From Planctomycetota bacterium (GTDB lineage: Bacteria > Planctomycetota > SZUA-567 > H5-PLA8): a stretch of DNA of 64,000 nt. Positions 36,768 through 46,667 of the stretch are shown here, piece by piece. The DNA lies in contig BTVV01000002.1 of the NCBI GenBank assembly GCA_045863855.1, positions 64,001-128,000 of the forward strand. Reading direction: 5' to 3'. The translations under genes were made by a program, and so were the position numbers. The notes below the pieces were generated by a model that worked only from the letters and a program-made list of their open reading frames with translations, was not told where the DNA came from and ran no database searches. The first letter of the stretch is position 1; every line of letters begins with the position of its first letter.

Positions 36768-39700
36768 TCAAAATCCCAAGTAACCCCACAGCGCCGGCTC
36801 CAACCGCGCTTCGATGGCTTCGTCCGATGTGCCCGTGGCCATCCGGTTCGACCAGTAGATGCGCTCCTTGACCTGCACGCCGTCGTTGGAGGTCAGGAGC
36901 CCCCAATCGAATTTCAGGCGCAGCCCCGGCTTGGGCTTCAGGCCCAACGCGTTGAGCGGGATCGAGGCCTCCAGCGTGTAGGGACTGGCGCCGCCCATCG
37001 CGATCTCGAGGTCATTCAGTTCGACCACGCGTTCGAAGGCGGTCTCGCCGCCGGCGGGGGTGAAGGTCTTCCAGGCCTCGTCGGGCTTTGCGCCTTTGGC
37101 AAAGGCCTGATAGAGCACCGCCAGCGGCTTGCCTTTGACGAACGTAATGAGCAGGCGCTGATCGCCTTCGACGGGCTTGGTTCGCGCGGGCGCGGCGGAG
37201 GCGTTGGAGCTGAATTGCAGATCGAGGCACGCGCCGGTCTTGAAGCAGCGGTGGACATCGTCGGCGGCATTCTTGAGCGGCCCGGTGCCGATGGCCGTGA
37301 GACAGACGTAGAGATTGAACTCGTCGTACCCCAGGTCCAGCGTCGCGTTCACCTCGTCGCGGAGGCGCACGCCTTCGCCGCCCCATTCCTTCTTGCCGCG
37401 CTTGCCATCGATGACGGGCGGCTCATGCCGCGCTAGCGCCTGGATCAGCAACGGGCGGCCTTCGATTCGGCGGCGCTGCTGGTTGGCTTCCCACGCGCGC
37501 ACGCGCTCCAGGTCCTCGGCAGTCACTTGGAACTCCGCTTCCGAGCGCTTGAACTTTTCGAGCCCGCGAACCTCCAGCACACTCATGAAGGTGAACCCCG
37601 CGATGGCGTAAAACTTTCCGTCCGCTTCGCTGCGCGTGAAGAATCCGTGGAAATGCTCTTGGTTGCCGCTCAGCGGATCGAGCCGCATACCGGGCTTGGC
37701 TTCGGATGGACCGAAGAAGCGCGCGCGGGCGTCGCTTTTGTGGGAAAGGATCTGCCCGGCGAGCAGTCCATCGGAGGTCCAGAGCCACCACTGCCCGGTG
37801 TTGCCGTGGGTGACGAAGAACTCGCCCAACGCGCCATCCGTCATGGTCTCATGGCCGATGATCGCGAACTGGTTCGCGACCAAACCGGGTGTCCAAGGCG
37901 GGATGCTGAGGCCCGAGACGCCGCCGCCGGCCGGGTACTGCCAGAGCGTCTTGCCGGCTGCGTCGAGCGCGTAATTGACGGTCCGCTCTTCGCGCGAGGC
38001 GCTGCGGTGTAAGCCCACGAAGGCGCCGTTGCCGAGCGCGAAGTTGGCCGGACCGGGCAGCGGTTTGGATTCGAAAACGGGCGTGCCATTGGGAAGCACT
38101 TCCTTCACCGAATAGTACGATCCAAAGGCGACGCAGCCCAACTTTTCGTCGAACCGGTTGACGCCGCCGTAGCGATGGGCCTCGCCTTTCTTTTCGAAGC
38201 GGACCTCCGGCGGATCGACCTCCCCGTTGCCGTCCAGGTCGGACCAGACGAAGAGGTAGTGCTTGGGTACTTCTCCTTTCAGCAGCGCGAGCACGGGCGC
38301 TTTCATCAGCGGATCGTACCCGGTGGCATCGCCCATGGCCGCGACGCGCCGGACGGTCCCGCTGGCTTCGTCGTACAGGTAGACCACGCCGCGCGAAGCG
38401 GCGGGATGCATCATCAGCGGCGCGGTGGCGAGGTAGGTGCGCTCGCCCAGTTTGTACGCCAGCAAGTCGGACTCGAGTCCCTGGGCCATCAGCCCCCGGA
38501 TGCGGCTGGTATGGCGGGTCCAATCCAGCTCGAATTCCACGCGCCCGAAGTACGCGCGGGATTTGTCGAAGCGGTTGAGCGTCCCGCCGCCGCCGTAATT
38601 CGTGTTCCCGAGGATCTCTTTGACGAAGGTCCCGTCGGTCTTGTACTGAACGATGCGGCGCGGCTCGTTTTGGGATTCGAGCACCCACAGGCTGCCGGCC
38701 GTATCCGCACATAGGCGATGGACCTTGCCGAAGCGCTGCGCGTCCCACGCGCCGGGCTGCATGCCGCCGGGCTTTCCGATCGTGCGTACTAATTGGCCTT
38801 GCCCGTCGTAGACGTGAATGGGCTCTTTGCCGTCATTGATCCAAGGCCAGACGTAGAAATGCCCGTCCGGGCCAACGGTCATGACACTGGGCGAGCAATC
38901 CTTCACGATCTCGGTGAGGGCGCCGGTCTCGCGGTCGACTTCGACGATGGAGCGATGGTCTTCGCGGATGGCAAAGAGTCTGCCGTCGGTTCCGCAAGCG
39001 AGTCCGTGCCAGCCGAGCGCGGCGGGCAGTTCCTTCAAAGCTGCCCCGGTCTGGCCGTCGTAAACGCCCACGCGCTTGACCGAGGTCTCGACCACCGGCT
39101 TTTCGCCGCCCAGGTAGCTCAATGCCGCTACGCCGAGAATCCGGCAGCGCCGCGTATCGAGATTCACGATATGCGACCGCGTGAGGTGAACACCGTGCTC
39201 CAGCGGCCCGTCCGCGCGCGCACACTCGTTGTCTTCGCCGTTGTCGTACCAGGGCCGGACGACGCGCAAGCGCACTGCGCGCGTCTCGAACTCGGCGCCA
39301 AAATCGACGTAGCCGTCGAGGTAGCGCGCGAAAGGATTATCGGTCCACTTGTACTGCGCCGTGCGGCGGCGCTGCTTGTACGTGGCGACATGCCGCCAGC
39401 CGGGCTTCGACTCCCGTTCTTCGCAGGCCGGACCTTCCAGCGGAACCGGACCGGGGGCGCCCATCCATACATCTATTTCGGTAACGGCCGCTTCGATCTC
39501 CTTGATCGCCAGACCGCGGAGCTTCTGCGGTTGAGCCCATTCGAGCACGTACAACCCCGGCGCATCGTCGCTGAGCGGTTGTTCGCGTTGCGCGTCCCAG
39601 GACCCGTCGGGCTTGACGGCGCCCGAATTGACGCGGGCCTTGGCAGTCGATGCCAAGTTGGCGAAACGCCGCCGCAACAGCTTGAGCCCTTCGAGCCGCG

Positions 39701-41945
39701 CCATCCACGGTTGAGCGGGGAGCAGGTCGTCGCCGGTCCAAGTGAAGCGAATCGCGCGCGTCTCGCAGTTCGCTGGCGCGGGCACGCAATCCCACGCACT
39801 CAACTTCGAAACGTCGATGGGTGTCCAATCGGCGGCGTGATCCGGACGGGGCGGATACGTCGCGCCGGGCTTAAGCACGCTTAGCGTCATGGTCTCTTTG
39901 GCGTCCGATTTCGGAAAAACCAAGCTGCCCAGGGGGATCGGCTGTTTGAATGCGAGGACGAGATGCTGCGAGCTTTGCTCTTTCAGGCAGGTCGATTCCA
40001 AATAGACGCGGCCTTGGCCCATGGGCGTTCGCTTACTCGGATCTACGTCGCGGCCAGGCACGTGCCCGCCCATACGCAATATGAAGGGCAGCAGGTGCTT
40101 TTCGTTCTTGAGGTCAGGCTGCGGCAAACAATGCTGCTGATCGAGGAGATCGCCGGCGGCGGCGTTCTCCAGCCACGAGGCCGATCCGGCTCCAAAGGTG
40201 AGGTAGATTTTGCCGCCGTGAGCGGCCATGGCGCGATACTGCCACTCGCGCCCGCCGCCCCCGTATGAAAAGAGTTTCTTGATCTCGCGCGTCTGCGCAT
40301 CCATGCGATAGACGGTTCCATGCGCGTTGATGTACACGGCTTCGGCGTCGGCGGCTAAGTCGCCTACGCCGATCCAGGGTCCGAAATCGTGCCGGCCCCA
40401 TTGTTTCTTGCCGTTGAGGTCGCACTCGATGAAGCAAACACCGGCCTCGGCCATGGATGAACCGAAGTACACGCGGTCGCCTCGCGTGGCGCAGGCCCAA
40501 AACGGACTGTGGTCGGAAAGCCAACCGTTGGCGCCGCCGTGTCCGGTGAGCCACGGCGTGCGGTCGGGCCAGACCTGATCGACGTTGGGATACGGCGTAA
40601 GTTGGTAAGCCAGTTCGACGGGCGGCGCGCCAATGGCCTTAAAGCGGTACGTGCCGGGCTCGACGTAGTTTCCGTTCTCGTCTTTCAAATCCCAGGCTTC
40701 GTCCTTGCTGCCCGGCGCGAGCGGCCGCTGGGCAAAGAGGTTGCGAACTCGCACGCCCGCGGCGGAATCGATGACCGCGGAAACTTCGCCGTCAAGCGCC
40801 GCGGAGTACGGAATGCGCATCGGCGGGCGATCGTCTTGGGAGCGCGGAGCGGGTGGGGAGCCGTCCTTCAGATCCACGAAGGCTCCGCAGCCGTTGATCC
40901 ACGGTTCCGGTCCGCCGCGGTCAACGGCTTCGATCGTCACGCGCAGCGCGCGGGTGGGCGCGGGTGCGAACGAGCACCAGCGGTAGGAGAAAGCCCAATG
41001 CTGGAAGCCGTGCGTTACCGCCGCTTCCTCGATGGGCTGGACGGCTTCCCAGTCCTCGTCGGGCGCAATGGCCGGATGCGTCTGCACCTCCGGCTTCAGG
41101 CGCTGGACTTGTTGCACGGTGGCGTTGGAGTACAGGAATACGCCCGCGATCGGGTGCGGCTCTTCCCAGGCCAGAACGGCCCATGCAGGATCCTGGGCGG
41201 AGAGTTTCTTCGCGCGCTTGCCGCCCGACCAGCCCGCACCTTTGGGCAGTGCGTCGGGATCTTGCGCATCGGAGGTGCTGTCGCTGAAGCCGCGCGCGAG
41301 CGGCGTGAGACTGGCCAGGCGGCGCTTGTAGAAGCGCCAGTAGCCAAGCTGCGCCGGGCCGCTGGCGCGCACGTCCTTATAGAGGAAAGCGCGCGTGCTC
41401 AATCCCGGCGGCAGTGCCGCGAATTTCAAAAAAGGCTGCGCGGAAGCGAACTCGACCGCCGCCCATGCCTCGGGCTGCAGCGCATCCGGCACGCCCTGGA
41501 CATTGGGCTTCAGGTAAAAGACCTCGCCGCCGCTGCGCGAGCCTTCGCCGTTCCAATCGGCCGCATGAATCGCCAAGCTGCCCACCGCTACGGGGGATTT
41601 GAGCACGATCAGGAACCGGTATTCGTTCTCGGCGCGGCCCTCGGCGGCCTCGGCTTCCCAGAGCTGCTCCTGCCCGTTGGCTTTCGGGTCTGCGAAGCCC
41701 AGCACCTTTTTGATGCGCAACGGATCGGCCGGCGCGGCTTGTCCGTTGACGAACTGCTTGGACAGTTCGAAATCGACGGCTTCCGGCGCGAAGGCGGGCG
41801 CGAAGAGCGGTTCCTGCGCGTGCCCCCAGCCGATGCAAAGGCCCGCGAGGAACGCCAGTCCCAGGCGAAGGAAGGCGGCGCGCGGCGATCTTACCGAAAC
41901 CTGCATGGCGAAAGCTCCCGAGCGAACGGTTCCCGTCGTGTTCAC
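36768..41945 (-). CDS. Giant secreted multidomain protein (duplicated galactose-binding-like modules, FlgD-type Ig, NHL-like propeller, C-terminal CBM9/DOMON-like)
   Basis: Signal peptide; 'GVRVRNL....WDLKDENG..VEPGTY'; NHL-like blades; 'WSDLDGNGEVD'; 'PVIDG..EW...LGYDEFNLY...YTLEASIP..LG'; start could be ATG 41906. Confidence 0.75.
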   Translation of the reverse strand: MNTTGTVRSGAFAMQVSVRSPRAAFLRLGLAFLAGLCIGWGHAQEPLFAPAFAPEAVDFELSKQFVNGQAAPADPLRIKKVLGFADPKANGQEQLWEAEAAEGRAENEYRFLIVLKSPVAVGSLAIHAADWNGEGSRSGGEVFYLKPNVQGVPDALQPEAWAAVEFASAQPFLKFAALPPGLSTRAFLYKDVRASGPAQLGYWRFYKRRLASLTPLARGFSDSTSDAQDPDALPKGAGWSGGKRAKKLSAQDPAWAVLAWEEPHPIAGVFLYSNATVQQVQRLKPEVQTHPAIAPDEDWEAVQPIEEAAVTHGFQHWAFSYRWCSFAPAPTRALRVTIEAVDRGGPEPWINGCGAFVDLKDGSPPAPRSQDDRPPMRIPYSAALDGEVSAVIDSAAGVRVRNLFAQRPLAPGSKDEAWDLKDENGNYVEPGTYRFKAIGAPPVELAYQLTPYPNVDQVWPDRTPWLTGHGGANGWLSDHSPFWACATRGDRVYFGSSMAEAGVCFIECDLNGKKQWGRHDFGPWIGVGDLAADAEAVYINAHGTVYRMDAQTREIKKLFSYGGGGREWQYRAMAAHGGKIYLTFGAGSASWLENAAAGDLLDQQHCLPQPDLKNEKHLLPFILRMGGHVPGRDVDPSKRTPMGQGRVYLESTCLKEQSSQHLVLAFKQPIPLGSLVFPKSDAKETMTLSVLKPGATYPPRPDHAADWTPIDVSKLSAWDCVPAPANCETRAIRFTWTGDDLLPAQPWMARLEGLKLLRRRFANLASTAKARVNSGAVKPDGSWDAQREQPLSDDAPGLYVLEWAQPQKLRGLAIKEIEAAVTEIDVWMGAPGPVPLEGPACEERESKPGWRHVATYKQRRRTAQYKWTDNPFARYLDGYVDFGAEFETRAVRLRVVRPWYDNGEDNECARADGPLEHGVHLTRSHIVNLDTRRCRILGVAALSYLGGEKPVVETSVKRVGVYDGQTGAALKELPAALGWHGLACGTDGRLFAIREDHRSIVEVDRETGALTEIVKDCSPSVMTVGPDGHFYVWPWINDGKEPIHVYDGQGQLVRTIGKPGGMQPGAWDAQRFGKVHRLCADTAGSLWVLESQNEPRRIVQYKTDGTFVKEILGNTNYGGGGTLNRFDKSRAYFGRVEFELDWTRHTSRIRGLMAQGLESDLLAYKLGERTYLATAPLMMHPAASRGVVYLYDEASGTVRRVAAMGDATGYDPLMKAPVLALLKGEVPKHYLFVWSDLDGNGEVDPPEVRFEKKGEAHRYGGVNRFDEKLGCVAFGSYYSVKEVLPNGTPVFESKPLPGPANFALGNGAFVGLHRSASREERTVNYALDAAGKTLWQYPAGGGVSGLSIPPWTPGLVANQFAIIGHETMTDGALGEFFVTHGNTGQWWLWTSDGLLAGQILSHKSDARARFFGPSEAKPGMRLDPLSGNQEHFHGFFTRSEADGKFYAIAGFTFMSVLEVRGLEKFKRSEAEFQVTAEDLERVRAWEANQQRRRIEGRPLLIQALARHEPPVIDGKRGKKEWGGEGVRLRDEVNATLDLGYDEFNLYVCLTAIGTGPLKNAADDVHRCFKTGACLDLQFSSNASAAPARTKPVEGDQRLLITFVKGKPLAVLYQAFAKGAKPDEAWKTFTPAGGETAFERVVELNDLEIAMGGASPYTLEASIPLNALGLKPKPGLRLKFDWGLLTSNDGVQVKERIYWSNRMATGTSDEAIEARLEPALWGYLGF

Positions 41946-43027
41946 GCCACCTGCGCCGACCAGGCCGGCCGAGCGGTCTCTTCTTCGAAGACGGCCGGAA
42001 TACGAACCGTCGAGTCGGCCTGCGCGCGGCCCGCACGCAAGGCGTCGATCAGCGCGCGTCCTTCCTCCAGCACCGCATGCAAGTCGTAGCCCAGGCGCTT
42101 GGCCGGTACGGCCAGCGGCGTGGCGCTGGGGAAATTTCCGTGCAGCACGACGTCCAGGTCTTGTCCGATCACGGCGCCGGCATCGGCCAAACCCGCGAGC
42201 GCGTGTTCGATCAGGTGGTCGTCGGCGATCAGCAGGCCATCGGGGCGCAGGCGCTGGTCGGGATGCAGGAGCAGATGCGCCGCGTTTCGAGCACCGATGC
42301 CGAAGCGCGGGCTGACCAATTGCGTCCAGTGACGCTGGGTCTGCATGCCGCGTGCGGCCACGGCGGTGTAAAGCTTCTCGCGAAACGCCTCGGAATGAGT
42401 GCCCAGTACGAACCCGATGCGCGAGCGGCCGCAGGCTTGGAAGCGATCGAGCGCGCGCCGGATGTACGAGTCGTGGTCCAGCGCCAGCGCCGCGATGCCC
42501 GGCATTGGCCGGTCCATCACCGCCACACGCGGTATCGGAGCGGTCAGCAGGATCGAATCGGGCGCCAGGTAAATGGGGCCTGTCGCGAAGATCAGCCCCG
42601 CCAGTCTGCTGGATTCGACGTCTTCAACCAATCGGAAGTAGCTCTCGTGGTCCTTGAACTCGGCGCCGTAGTAGGAGGGCACGCGCTGCGGTCCCGCCGC
42701 ATCCGCCTGTTTCGCGACCTGCTGCAGTACTTCCCAAAAGCGCGACCAGTTCGCATCCTGGTTATTCCGGAACGGAAAGACGAGCCCGTAGCGCGAGAGG
42801 TGCGGAGGATGCTTGGAGACGAACGTACCCAACCGCCCGCGTGCATATACGAAACCGTCTGCGGTGAGCTGATCCAGCACGCGTTGCACCGTCATGCGGC
42901 TGGCTTGGAAGCTACGCTCCAATTCGGCTCGCGTGGGCAATTGCGCGCCCGGCGCGTACGGCCCCGCCACGATGCGCCGGCGTAGGTCCGCCAGGATCTC
43001 GACTTGTTTACTTTGCGGTCTACTCAT
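41942..43027 (-). CDS. GntR-HTH + LacI-type periplasmic-binding-fold regulator (AraR-like)
   Basis: 'PGAQLPTRAEL...FQASRMTVQR.L..L..DGFV..RGRLGTFV'; C-terminal 'RPDGLLIADD..DLDVV'. Confidence 0.9.
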   Translation of the reverse strand: MSRPQSKQVEILADLRRRIVAGPYAPGAQLPTRAELERSFQASRMTVQRVLDQLTADGFVYARGRLGTFVSKHPPHLSRYGLVFPFRNNQDANWSRFWEVLQQVAKQADAAGPQRVPSYYGAEFKDHESYFRLVEDVESSRLAGLIFATGPIYLAPDSILLTAPIPRVAVMDRPMPGIAALALDHDSYIRRALDRFQACGRSRIGFVLGTHSEAFREKLYTAVAARGMQTQRHWTQLVSPRFGIGARNAAHLLLHPDQRLRPDGLLIADDHLIEHALAGLADAGAVIGQDLDVVLHGNFPSATPLAVPAKRLGYDLHAVLEEGRALIDALRAGRAQADSTVRIPAVFEEETARPAWSAQVA

Positions 43028-43029
43028 AA

Positions 43030-43336
43030 TGCCTCCATCATAACCGTATACGCCGACCATCTGCCATCGGCCGATGTTTATCATGGCAATAACTATTATT
43101 TCAGTATGATGAAGTTTAAGATTGTCATTAAATCTTTATTTATAATGTATTATATGATAAGTAGCAGGTCATTATGCTTCCCTCAAGCAGGCCAATGCGC
43201 CATCTATTTTAAGTATATATTAACTATATGGCCGGGTGAGACTCAGAGATTTAATACTTTACTTATATTCACAACAATAAAAATTATTGGTGTAGCCGTA
43301 CATTGTAAGGATACTCTGGGACAGCAAAGGAAACGC
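43030..43336. promoter_or_regulatory. Very AT-rich divergent promoter region; candidate GntR-type site TGTAGCCGTACA (43291-43302)
   Basis: Strong AT enrichment, TATAAT-like hexamers, TGTA-N4-TACA dyad; AAGGA RBS before 43337. Confidence 0.55.
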
Positions 43337-44467
43337 ATGCCTGCCATCGATTTGCCTTGGAACCTGGAGCATCTCCAGACCGCGCCAAGCTGGTCCTGGT
43401 GGGGCGACGCGGAAGCGGATGGCTTGCGTGGTCTGACTTACACGAACGAAACCTATCGCGGTCGCTCGTCCAGGGTGTTTGCTTGGTACGGGCGCCCCAA
43501 GGAGGCACGCGAGCCTGCTCCGGCCATGGTGTTGGTTCACGGAGGCGGTGGAAAAGCCTTTGGCGAATGGGTGCGCTTATGGGTCGCGCGAGGCTACGCC
43601 GCGCTGGCGATGGATCTTGGCGGCTGCGGACCTGACGGCCAGCGCCTGCTCGATGGCGGGCCGGGGCAGGATCACGACCGGAAGTTCATGTGCATGCACG
43701 AACCGCCCGAGTCGCACTGGTGTTTCCACGCCCTTGCCGCGGTCATGCGGGCGAACTCCCTGCTGCGCAGTTTTCATGAAATTGATCCCGTACGCGTGGG
43801 CGTCACCGGCATTTCGTGGGGCGGCTTTTTGACCTGCCTCGCCGCGGGGCTCGATCCGCGCTTCGCGCTGGCGATGCCCGTCTACGGCTGCGGCTTCATC
43901 CACGAGAACAGTTCGGTGGATTGGCTGGCGATCTTCGCCAAGCTGCCGGCCGAACAGCGCGAGCGCTGGGTGCGCTGGTACGATCCGTCCTCGCACCTGA
44001 GCGCCGCGCGTCTCCCGATGCTATTCGTAAACGGTACCAACGACTTTGCGTATCCACTGGACAGTTACATGAAAACCTTCGGATTGCCGGCGGGTCATAA
44101 GCGCTTAAGCGTGCGCGTGCGGATGCCGCATGGCCATGAGCATGGCTGGGCGCCGCCGGAGTTGGCGCGCTTTGCCGACTGGCACCTGCGCGGCGGCGAT
44201 GCGTTGACGGAATTCGGGCCTCTCGAACACCGGGGCGAATGCGGCTTCGCGCCGGTGCGGCCCGCATCGCAAGCCCACTCGCCGCAATTTCACTTCACCG
44301 CCGACGCCCTGGCTTGGCAGTCGCGCCATTGGCATTCGCTGCCTGCAATGCTGCATGATGGCGTGTTGACGACTCCGCCCATTCCCGCGGAAGCTCGCGC
44401 CTGGTTCTGCACGCTCGAAGAACCCGGCGGTTCCTCGCAAAGCACCACGGTCGCGATCGCGCGGTAG
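43337..44467 (+). CDS. Alpha/beta hydrolase (acetylxylan esterase/S9-like)
   Basis: 'VLVHGGGG', nucleophile 'GISWGG', 'NGTND', 'PHGH'. Confidence 0.88.
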   Translation: MPAIDLPWNLEHLQTAPSWSWWGDAEADGLRGLTYTNETYRGRSSRVFAWYGRPKEAREPAPAMVLVHGGGGKAFGEWVRLWVARGYAALAMDLGGCGPDGQRLLDGGPGQDHDRKFMCMHEPPESHWCFHALAAVMRANSLLRSFHEIDPVRVGVTGISWGGFLTCLAAGLDPRFALAMPVYGCGFIHENSSVDWLAIFAKLPAEQRERWVRWYDPSSHLSAARLPMLFVNGTNDFAYPLDSYMKTFGLPAGHKRLSVRVRMPHGHEHGWAPPELARFADWHLRGGDALTEFGPLEHRGECGFAPVRPASQAHSPQFHFTADALAWQSRHWHSLPAMLHDGVLTTPPIPAEARAWFCTLEEPGGSSQSTTVAIAR

Positions 44468-44532
44468 GCGTTGCATCCCGCTTGCCGGGCAGTAGCCTCC
44501 GCTCATTCGAAGCCACGCCCCGGAGGCCGCCC

Positions 44533-45282
44533 ATGCTGCTCACCGAAGACCACGTCGATCTGCCAACTGCCCGCGGTCCGATGCGCGCGTTCCGCTACCA
44601 GCCGGCTGTGCCCGGCAAGTATCCGGGCTTGGTGCTCTGGTCGGAGATTTATCAGGTTACCGCGCCGATCGCCCGCATCGCGCGCGCGCTGGCCGGTGAA
44701 GGGTACACGGTGCTCGCGCCGGAGGTGTACCACGAGTTCGAGCCGCCGGGCTCGCCCTTCCAATACGACAAAGCCGACACCGACAAAGGCAACCGCTACA
44801 AATTCGAGAAGGAACTCGCCAGCTACGACGCCGATGCGCGCGCGGCGTTGGACCACCTGAAGTCGCTGCCCAGTGCGAACGGGCGGCTGGGTTCCATCGG
44901 CGTCTGCTTGGGCGGCCACTTGAGTTTTCGCTGCGCGTTCAACGCCGACGTGAACGCCGCGGCATGTTTTTACGCGACGGACATTCACACGGGATTCCTG
45001 GGCCGGGGCAAGCAGGACGACTCGCTCGCGCGCTCCCGCGAGATCAAGGGCGAACTGCTGATGGTCTGGGGGCGCCAGGACCCGCACATCCCGCTGGCCG
45101 GCCGGCGCCTGATCTACGATACGCTTTGCGCGGGCAAAGTGAATTTCACGTGGCACGAGTTCAACGCGCAGCATGCGTTCATGCGAGACGAAGGCCACCG
45201 GTACAATCCGGCGCTGACACGGCTGTGTATGGGCATGGTACGCGAACACTTCCAGCGCACGCTGCAAGCCGGCGTGGCCTGA
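44533..45282 (+). CDS. Dienelactone hydrolase family protein
   Basis: 'WSEIYQVT', nucleophile 'GVCLGG', 'QDPHIP', 'AQHAFMRDEG.RY'; GGAGG RBS. Confidence 0.93.
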   Translation: MLLTEDHVDLPTARGPMRAFRYQPAVPGKYPGLVLWSEIYQVTAPIARIARALAGEGYTVLAPEVYHEFEPPGSPFQYDKADTDKGNRYKFEKELASYDADARAALDHLKSLPSANGRLGSIGVCLGGHLSFRCAFNADVNAAACFYATDIHTGFLGRGKQDDSLARSREIKGELLMVWGRQDPHIPLAGRRLIYDTLCAGKVNFTWHEFNAQHAFMRDEGHRYNPALTRLCMGMVREHFQRTLQAGVA

Positions 45283-45291
45283 AGCCGAGCG

Positions 45292-46386
45292 TTAAGCATA
45301 GTCCGCCAGGTACACCGGTTGGCGCTTGGCGCCCCAGTTTCCCGGTTGCGCTTCAAAGACCCCGGGGCACGCCGTGCCGCAGTCGGGGCACGCGCCTTGG
45401 GGCGTCAGGCGGTACGCGAGTATCGTGTACCAGTCCCGCACGATCAGCGGCTTGCGGCAGCAGTGGCAGGAGGTTGTGCCGCCTTCCCGGTCGTGCACGT
45501 TTCCCGTGTACACAAAGCGCAACCCGTTCCGGATCGCAATCTCCCGCGCGCGCACGAGCGTCCGTGGCGGGGTGGGGGGGTGGTCCTGCATTTTCCAGTC
45601 CGGATGAAAGGCCGTGAAGTGGTGCGGCACATCCGGGCCCAATTCCCGCATCACCCATTGCGTCATGGATTCGATCTCGGATTCGCTGTCGTTTTCGCCA
45701 GGAATCAGGAGCGTGGTGATCTCGAACCAGACCTTTGTCTCGTGTTTCAGATACTTCAATGTCTCCAGCACCGGCGCGAGCTGCCCGCCGCAAATCTTGG
45801 CGTAGAAGTTTTCGGTGAAACCTTTCAAGTCCACGTTGGCCGCGTCCATATAACGGTAAAACTCGGCGCGCGGCTCGGCACACTGGTATCCCGCCGTCAC
45901 GGCAACACTGCGGATCCCTTGAGCACGGCAGGCTTGCGCCACATCGATGGCGTACTCGTGGAAGATCACGGGATCGTTGTATGTAAACGCGACGCTGCGG
46001 CAGCCCAGGTCTTTGGCGGCGCGTGCGATGGTATCGGGTTGCGCTCGATCGGCCAGCGTATCGAATTCCCGCGATTTGCTGATGCTCCAATTCTGGCAGA
46101 ACTTGCAGGCCAGATTGCAGCCGGCGGTGCCGAAGCTGAGGATCGGCGTGCCGGGCAGGAAGTGATTGAGCGGCTTCTTTTCGACCGGATCGATGCAGAA
46201 GCCCGACGACCGGCCGTAGGTGGTGAGCACCATCCCGCTCCCTTCGCGCTTGCGCACGAAGCACATTCCGCGCTGGCCGTCGTGCAAGCGGCAGAATCGT
46301 GGACAAAGGTCGCATTGAATGCGGCCGTCGTCCAGAATGTGCCAGAACTTTGCGGGGTGCGGTTCGAGTTTGTGGGACACGTTCAT
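45292..46386 (-). CDS. amrS: AmmeMemoRadiSam system radical SAM enzyme
   Basis: 'IQCDLCPRFC..GMCFVR', 'IDPVEKKPLNHF', CxxxCxxC 'GCNLACKFCQNW', 'AFTYNDP', 'YTGNVHD'. Confidence 0.95.
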   Translation of the reverse strand: MNVSHKLEPHPAKFWHILDDGRIQCDLCPRFCRLHDGQRGMCFVRKREGSGMVLTTYGRSSGFCIDPVEKKPLNHFLPGTPILSFGTAGCNLACKFCQNWSISKSREFDTLADRAQPDTIARAAKDLGCRSVAFTYNDPVIFHEYAIDVAQACRAQGIRSVAVTAGYQCAEPRAEFYRYMDAANVDLKGFTENFYAKICGGQLAPVLETLKYLKHETKVWFEITTLLIPGENDSESEIESMTQWVMRELGPDVPHHFTAFHPDWKMQDHPPTPPRTLVRAREIAIRNGLRFVYTGNVHDREGGTTSCHCCRKPLIVRDWYTILAYRLTPQGACPDCGTACPGVFEAQPGNWGAKRQPVYLADYA

Positions 46387-46404
46387 CCTCCCGCGTCCAC
46401 CGGA

Positions 46405-46638
46405 CTAATGCGGATGGCGCGTGGAGGCTTGCAGGCGCGCCACGATTTTCAACCCGTGGGAGCAGTACAGTGCCAGGTAACCGAACACCAGCGCTGGAGC
46501 GGCCATCGCATAGAGCAACGGGAATGGCATGTCCGTCGCATGCCAACCGAACAGACAAGCCGGAATCGATATCGCCCAGCTCAAGATAAGACCGGCGCCG
46601 AACATGGCCAGAATGCGGCTACGTACCCGGCTCTGCAT
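46405..46638 (-). CDS. Small hypothetical membrane protein (2 TM)
   Basis: GGAGG RBS, two hydrophobic segments, fills the operon gap. Confidence 0.6.
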   Translation of the reverse strand: MQSRVRSRILAMFGAGLILSWAISIPACLFGWHATDMPFPLLYAMAAPALVFGYLALYCSHGLKIVARLQASTRHPH

Positions 46639-46667
46639 AATCCGAGCCTCCAGGCTCTAACTTCAAG

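Noticed and set aside
43004..43336. N-terminal extension of the 487-aa hydrolase ORF
   Set aside because: It translates AT-rich promoter DNA and overlaps the GntR start; the RBS supports ATG 43337.
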